Positions 57,333 to 64,000 of a stretch of 64,000 bases of DNA are shown piece after piece (within the stretch, counting starts at the first letter, position 1; the number at the start of each line of letters is the position of its first letter). The DNA is taken from NCBI RefSeq assembly GCF_009914755.1, contig NC_060937.1, one strand, 5' to 3'. The position numbers and the translations under genes were made by a program. The DNA comes from the human T2T-CHM13v2.0 reference genome, Homo sapiens. The notes beneath the pieces were generated by a model. The model was given only the letters and a program-made list of their open reading frames with translations, searched no databases and was not told the DNA's origin.

Positions 57333-57430
57333 TATATAAGAATATATACTCTTTAGAGAATATAGATATATGTAAGGTATATATATATGTGTGTGTGTAA
57401 AGTATACACATATATATATATATATATATA
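57333..57430. repeat. TA/TG-rich microsatellite flanking Hsmar2
   Basis: Read directly. A matching (TA)n run lies at about 56003-56023 on the other side. Confidence 0.85.
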
Positions 57431-58019
57431 AACTGTATAGTCTTTAAATAGAAATACACATAAAACAAGACTGTGTATTAATCAGCTGATGAAAACGTGA
57501 CCAGAGGCTTGCAGGAGCCTAAATCTGTATTTCCTCTAGGACCAATGCATCGTTCAGTATTCACTAATCTGGTGTTTGCAGTGACCTTACAGAACATATT
57601 ACCATACATAAGAATTGGCTGTATTTGTGTTTCCAGTGGGCAAGTTCTTCTACTACCCACTGTCTGGCCTTACATACATTCTGTGAATTCATAATGTTCT
57701 GATTTGTGTGATGCACCTTTGCTTTTAATTTATATTCAGATTTCCCATGGGTGACGGTTCCCTCTCCACAGCCCTCCTGCTAACCATCATCACTCACTCA
57801 AATGTGACACCACACTGCCACTCTGCATTTTTGCTGAGATGACCAACAAATTCTTACCATCATTATGAGGAAAACACAACAGAGCACACAGTAAAGCAAA
57901 CTCATCAAATATTTACTTAAATTGATTTAGCTTAGAGCAAGTTTATATACATAAATAATTTTTGCTTAGTGAGAGTCAGATTCAGAAATGAAGATGCAAA
58001 ATGTGAGACAAAAAGAAGT

Positions 58020-58302
58020 GCTGGGGGCAGGGATGGGGAGAGATTGGTCAGCGGGCCCAGAGTTACAGTTGGATAGGAGGACTAAGTCCTGGTGCTCTGC
58101 TGCACATTAGGATGGCTATAGCTAACAATGTTGTGTTTTTCAAAATAGCTAGAAGAGAGGATTTTGAATGTTTGAATTTCCACAAAGAAACGATAAGTGC
58201 TTAAGGTGATGGATACACTGATTACCCTGATTTTATCAATACACCATGTGTACATGTATTAAAACATTACACTGTACCCCATAAATACAATTTTTTAAAA
58301 AA
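58020..58302 (+). mobile_element. L1MA-like 3' end
   Basis: TTCAAAATAGCTAGAAGAGAGGATTTTGAATG...GGTGATGGATAC...ACACTGTACCCCATAAATA. Confidence 0.85.
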
Positions 58303-58639
58303 GGTACCTGAGGCTCTTTTCTAAGCATCTTCATTCAGCTATTGAATTCATACTTGGGTCTAAAGAAACAAACACATACATCACAGTGGCCTCCTCTTAC
58401 TGCATGACGGTTTCTTATCTTCACCATGAACCTTCTGGAATGTAGCCCTTTCTCTGAAGGAGATCACTTCTCTCCTGCAAATTTCTCTGCTGAGAAAAAC
58501 AATAAATAAATCAGCAAGGATGATACCCTCAACATTGGCAAGGGTGCTGAAGAAGCTGGAAGCCTAAAGGGTTGTACCATCCAGGCCTCCTGGAGCCATT
58601 CAGTGACTAGAGTTCTGTGAAAACAATGGCTTGTCTCCA

Positions 58640-58850
58640 GCCTGCGTGGCCCAAGGAAAGATGCCATGAACCAGCAGTCCCAAGACATGGGCTCCAGCCT
58701 GGCTTTACAAGTCACTGATTGTTCTAGGCAAGTCACTGTACCTCTCAGAATCAAACTTCTTCAGCTGTAAAATGGTGGAATTCTCTGCGTGTCTACCTCC
58801 AGAGATTGTGTTAATTAGAGGAGATACTAACAACTCACTGTGTAGAGGAT
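58640..58850 (+). mobile_element. MIR
   Basis: CTAGGCAAGTCACTGTACCTCTCAG...CTGTAAAATGG. Confidence 0.65.
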
Positions 58851-59139
58851 TTTGTAGTCAACAAAACATTATTCATACATTATCTCATGTGATACTCACA
58901 TCTGCATTGCCAGTTAAATATAATTATAATTATAATTGTAGCCATTTCATGAGAAAGTCCTTTCAAACAGAAAGCTACTGCACAAATCCTTGTACTATAA
59001 AAGGAAATCAGTGATTTTGAAGGCAGCAAAAAGAAGAGCGTTAGTGTCTGTAATCTATGTAATCCTTACTTCACGTGAAGGAAAAAAATCACTTAAAAAA
59101 TTCGTACCAGATACACTATTGTCTCTTTTAAATTAAATG

Positions 59140-59270
59140 GATTATTGCACAAGGTGCCAAGCCAAGGACACTGGGCCTGAAGTTCAGGTCACACTCTGAC
59201 CACTAGGACATTCACCTGGGTGCCAGGATTTATTCTAAATTGCACAAAGTTGCCATACAGGCCAGTGGGG
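59140..59270 (+). mobile_element. MER91-like hAT-Tip100 remnant
   Basis: TGCACAAGGTGCC...CTGAAGTTCAG...TTCTAAATTGCACAAAGTTGCCATACAGGCCAGTGG. Confidence 0.45.
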
Positions 59271-59384
59271 GAGTAAGCTAATGACTCAAGAAATAATTAT
59301 TACTGTAACAGCCATGAGATGCATATAGAGTTTGTGTTCCCCACTCTATAATGTGATCTTTTTGTTTTAAAAATGATTTTGTTC

Positions 59385-59765
59385 TTACTTCAGTCTGGAT
59401 AGGCTAGGTGATGCAGCAGTAACAAACAACCCCGAGATCTTGGTGGCATATCAGAACAAAGGTTTATTTCTCACTCAAACTACCTGTCCATCCATGCTGG
59501 CTTTTGCTGACTCCATATCTGTTACTCTAGAACCCAGGCTGATGACGTAGACACCATCTTGAACACTGCCAATCACCGAGGTAGAAAGAAAACAATGAAA
59601 GAGCCCTGGAGAGTCTCATACCAGCAAGAAAAAGCACTGGGCTGGAATTAACACACGGTATTTCACTCTCAGTTCCTCAGTAGTCCAACTGCAAGGAGTG
59701 AGGAAATACAGTCCAACAACATGCCTGCAAGTGAAGGGAACCAGAAATATTTTGCAGGTAGCACA
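59385..59765 (-). mobile_element. MLT1I/J-like solo LTR
   Basis: GGATAGGCTAGGTGATGCAGCAGTAACAAACAACCCC...AAAGGTTTATTTCTCACTCA...ACCCAGGCTGATG...GAACCAGAAATATT. Confidence 0.75.
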
Positions 59766-59779
59766 TAGCAGATATGAAA

Positions 59780-59930
59780 GCATCTTAGGAGTTTTTTCTT
59801 ACTATAAGCTCATTAATTGTTCCGTGGGACAAGATTGCCAAAACAGCTAATGCCAACTTAAGCTGCATTGTAGAAACATAGAATCTAGAACCAAGGAGGA
59901 GACAGTTCTCTTTCTAATGCCTGCTGCACA
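59780..59930 (+). mobile_element. L3/CR1 remnant
   Basis: GCCAAAACAGCTAATGCCAACTTAAGCTGCATT...AGAAACATAGAATCTAGAACCAAGGAGG. Confidence 0.5.
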
Positions 59931-61729
59931 CACACTTATGCAGAGTAATCCTTTAGGGACTGACCTACTCTGAGAGAATGCAGCATTCTCGGTCCTCTGA
60001 CACCACTGAAATGCTATGAAAAAATGAGGAGGTCCCTTATGATTTGGGGACACTGGAAATGTGCTTTATATATTTTTCACCCTTAACACAAATACATGTA
60101 TTTATTATTTTTCATTAGTTATGTCAAGAAAAATTGAAACTTTATGAAGAAGAAGATGTTTTTTCATAGTGGGGACCTCATCTGAAAAATAACTATTTCT
60201 AGAAATGATATTCTAGAAACTATATTTTAGAAATCTTATGCCTTTACATGAGATTTTTTTTTGTCTTCAGCTAAAATGACAGACTTAAAATATAATAAGG
60301 CAGAAGGAGTGTGATATAGCCTTGGTGTCTAAACAGGGGAGACTGTTTCCCAGAAGGTGAAGGTATCCCAGAGTAAAACATCCTGGAAAATGAAGAAGCT
60401 TTTATTTTCACCACACACGTACACATAGGCCTAAAGAATATTCTCCACTCCTGGAAAGACCGATGGCCTGAAGCCATCCCATCCTCCAGTGGGGTTTGTT
60501 GAATGCCCTCTCCAATACACATATATCCTCTTTGGTTTAAAAAAAAAAAAAAAAAGTCTAGACAGATGAGTTTAAAATGAGATTTTTCAAAGTGCTGTTA
60601 ACAAGTGTGGGAGGAGTAACCAGGCAGATATAAATGCTGGCCAATGGGGATTACTTACACAGAATGTGCTGAAAATGAGGAGTGTTTCAAGAATTGTTTC
60701 CCTGCTGTATTGTTGGAATGCTAAAGTCTAAATATGGTAATGTGAAACACTATCATATCTGGTGGGAACTGGAATATGCTTTATTTTACAATCCCACAGG
60801 GGAAAAATATTTTGGCAGTTGGATGAGAATCTGGGAGAATGAAGATTCATGCTGACATCAGTCCGAATTATGCTCATGAAATGATATTCATCTCAAACAC
60901 AGATGTGTTTGATACATTGTTATTTAACATACATTTAATTATTCCTTTCATTAACTTTTCCTAATTGTTTCTAATATTATTTGCCTTTGGTGGAATAATC
61001 TTGTTCTTTTATTATCTCAGAAAGGCAGGATAGGGAATAATTTGATGAGGTGTAAGCTTACTTTCCAACACACACACAACACCTTGGAGGGCCTGGTTAT
61101 CAACGGCTATTTTATGTAGAAATATCATGAGAATATTTATTGGTGTTTGTTTCAATTTTGGCATCCAACCATTAATATTTTAATTTCCATTTTGCAGTAG
61201 CTGTATTAAGCATAATAACCACTTGAAACGTGTAGCCTGAATAGGAAAGAAACTACAGAAGCCAAGGAGTATTTTAATTACAAACTCCACTTCAGGAAAA
61301 ATGCCAGCAACAAGAGTATGGTTGTGCAAGTATTTAGGGTAGGGTAGACTGCTGCATGAAAAACGTTTGCAGTTGGGTGATCTCCCCCTGCTCAATAACA
61401 CAAGGTTAGAAGGATAGCCTCATTGACTTACAAACAACCAGACCTGTGCAACCTTGCAGTTCCACTGCCATGTGAAAAGCAGAGATAAAAAGAGTGCTGG
61501 GATAATCCAGGTTAAAAGACTTGAATAAAAAAGATGACAGTAACTCACAAACAGAAAAGCATGACTCTTCATCCCAACTCACTTGAAAATCAACACTTTC
61601 ACAGAAGGCCTCCAAGACTGGATGGGATCTGTTTCAGGATACATTTGGTGACAGATATTCTATGACCTTTTGTGTGAGAGAGAAGATGCCCAAGTTACTA
61701 TCAGTGGGAAATGAACAGGAAGCCAGGGA

Positions 61730-61940
61730 TGGTGTGGTAGCAGGAAAAGAACTTGAGATTTGGAGTTGGGCAGACAGATTCGTGGGCTGATTTTGCCTCT
61801 GAGTGGCTAGACAATTTGGGGCAGATTATTTAGTTTGTCTGAACCTCCGTTTTTTTAATGGTAAAACCATACTTTTTCCTCATGGGGTCACTGGAAGATT
61901 TAAACAAGTTACCATATGTAAAGACTGAAAACACTCAGTA
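61730..61940 (+). mobile_element. MIR
   Basis: GGTGTGGTAGCAGGAAAAGAAC...TTTGGAGT...CTGAACCTCCGTTT...GTAAAA...GATTTAAA. Confidence 0.6.
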
Positions 61941-62379
61941 CCTTCCCTTCCTTATCTAGAGAAAAGGAATTCTGGAACTGCTCTTCTTATTTTATGTGTG
62001 AGAAAACTGGTGACTAGAAATGCCCAAGTCCTGCTCCAGGTCACATGGCTGGATTCCCTGTGCCCAGGGGAGGGCTTTCCCATGACCTCCACCCAGCCCC
62101 ACAGTGGATCTCACACAAAGAAATGGGAGAAGAACAGATCTAACTGGGACAATCTGAGGACCCTCCCCACCATTGGTGTTAAGATTATGGACTTGGCCAT
62201 GAACAGTCCCATCAGTCCCATCCTTGACTCCTGACACGTGTGCCAGAGACACTCTCCTCACACTCTAGCATTCTCCAAGTGATACCTGGACCATCAAGCC
62301 AGGAGCCACTAATGATCATCTAATCCAAGAAGGGTATCTCCTCAGAACAAAACCCATCAGTCTCAGTAGCTGGGCATCC

Positions 62380-62700
62380 CTTGGCTAACTACTTAAATTC
62401 CCTTGACCTAAATGATCAGACTCATCTCAGAGGATTGTTGAGAGTGTTGCAAAAAATGTACCTAAAAGTGTTCAGCATACAGCCTAGCGTATAAATGCAT
62501 AGCAGATAATAAATATTATTTTTTGAACTCTTACCATTATTGGAGATGACAGTAAGAATAGGTAACATGTATGAGTGTACTCTGTGCCAGACATCATAAT
62601 AAGCATCTTTCACTTCAATCTTTCCAACAAGACAATGAGGAAGGTGTTATTTACTCATTTTTCAGGTGAAGAGTCTGAAGCCAGAAAGGGTCAGGCTTGG
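62380..62700. mobile_element. Two oppositely oriented MIR fragments
   Basis: CTCAGAGGATTGTTGAGAG (plus strand) and TGAGTGTACTCTGTGCCAGAC...CATTTTTCAGGTGAAGAGTCTGAAG (minus strand). Confidence 0.55.
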
Positions 62701-62824
62701 GGGAAGGGAGACAGGGAGATTCTTCTGGACATTGCCTGGCACATAAGGTAGCACGTAGCTACATTAAAAAGAATGTACAGAAGCCTAGCTGTGTCTCCAT
62801 AGCCATGTTGCTAAGACTTTGGCT

Positions 62825-62915
62825 GAATTGTTCACTACTAGACCCCTAGAGCCTAGCACAAGGTTTGGTGTATACTAGATGTTCTGCAAAGTTTCATTAA
62901 TTTGTTGAGTGAGAA
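62825..62915 (+). mobile_element. L2 3' end
   Basis: TTGTTCACTACTAGACCCCTAGAGCCTAGCACA...TTTGTTGAGTGA. Confidence 0.5.
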
Positions 62916-64000
62916 AATAATAAACACTGCCGTGTTCACATCATTATGTTGACCCAACAGACAATCTCAGGGACCCTTGGGCTGGTGTAGTCAATCACAA
63001 GGGCTATTTGTAGAGACAGCTCCCCGCTGTGAAGCCAAGGAGAATCCAACCATGAAGAGAGAGGAAATATTACTAAGCAGAAAATTAAAAACGATCCTAT
63101 TGGCTGTTGGCCTTGGCACTGTTTCTGAAGAAGCAAGTTCAGAAACATTTGGCAGTCCGTGTCATCGCCTCTCATAAACCCCAAGAATAAGGAAGGCATC
63201 AGAAATAAATTTTTGTTTTCTGATTAATTTTCTATAGAAAGGTTTTTGCCCACCAACAAGATACAAAGGGCAACTTAAAAGGCATGAGGTTATTAAAAAT
63301 CAATGCTAAATGTTGTCATCAGAGGGTTTGCTTATTTTGCTGTTATTAAAAATTCACACAAATTGGGCGAAACATTTTCAGCCTGAAAGAGATCTCGGAA
63401 AATGGCTTTCTTATCATTAAAATGCAAGCTAAGCAGAGTGATAGCAAATGATCTTTTCCTATGATCAGTTTTTCCTAATCTTGGGGTCAGAAAAATAAAT
63501 GTCAGAGGAAATAATAGACTTTATTTAATAAAATAAAATAAAAACAAAATGACCTGGCTATTAAAATGAAAACACAAAAAAAATGTCTGCTTGTGACTAT
63601 GTGAATAACTGAAGCTTCGTTTTAATAAAAATTTTTAAAAAGTTTTTCGACTCTTTTATTCTGATCAAAAAAGAAAAAGAAAAAGAAAAATCCCAAAGGT
63701 CCAAATCGCAACTCTATTTATCTATTGTAAACCAACAAGAGCCGACCATGTTGAGAGAGAAGACAGGAGAAGTGTTAGCTGTGGTGAATAGAGAATCCTT
63801 TAAAACAACACCGAAAAATATATTTTCTAAGAAAGCAAAGATCTCTGTTGCAGACATGTTTCTTAACCAAGATATAGCAATAGCTTCTTTAAAATCTACT
63901 TCTCATGTACTGACTAACCCATTCATTCCTAAAAAGTATTCCTTTCATATGACCATGTTTAGCTTAGTTCTCACTTTAAATTTAAACAAGGACTAATGGT

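Larger units (their letters stand above)
55528..57621 (-). mobile_element. MER82 (TcMar-Tigger non-autonomous element), split by Hsmar2
   Basis: CAGCAGATCCTCATTATTCATGGATTC left end and GTTAGATAAGCTTTGTTCAGGCA. Resumes near 57440 (GTGACCAGAGGCTTGCAGGAGCCTAA) and ends AGAATTGGCTG. TA on both sides. Confidence 0.85.

Overview
This window is AT-rich primate (human-like) nuclear genomic DNA, not microbial. The evidence is AluJ/S/Y elements, L1PA/PB/M fragments, MIR, L2, L3, MaLR/ERV LTRs, hAT MITEs and a full-length Hsmar2 mariner. I find no credible host protein-coding exon, RNA gene or CRISPR array. The supplied ORFs are short and mostly repeat-derived or random, and I cannot name the locus. 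It reads as intergenic DNA or a large intron. The only recognisable coding remnant is the dead Hsmar2 transposase (56093-57154, minus strand), nested as Hsmar2 inside MER82 inside MIR. The most unusual structures not explained by repeats are: (1) a perfect 69-bp inverted repeat at 34756-34952 with a template-switch-like spacer, (2) a fold-back inverted duplication inside an L1 at 15768-15825, (3) a ~70-bp dispersed direct repeat fused to an L1PB tail at 26512/27088, and (4) tandem Alu pairs sharing a triplicated target site. I see no support for a new multi-gene biological system. Repeat subfamily names come from my recollection of consensus sequences and need RepeatMasker/Dfam confirmation; boundaries of old elements are approximate.
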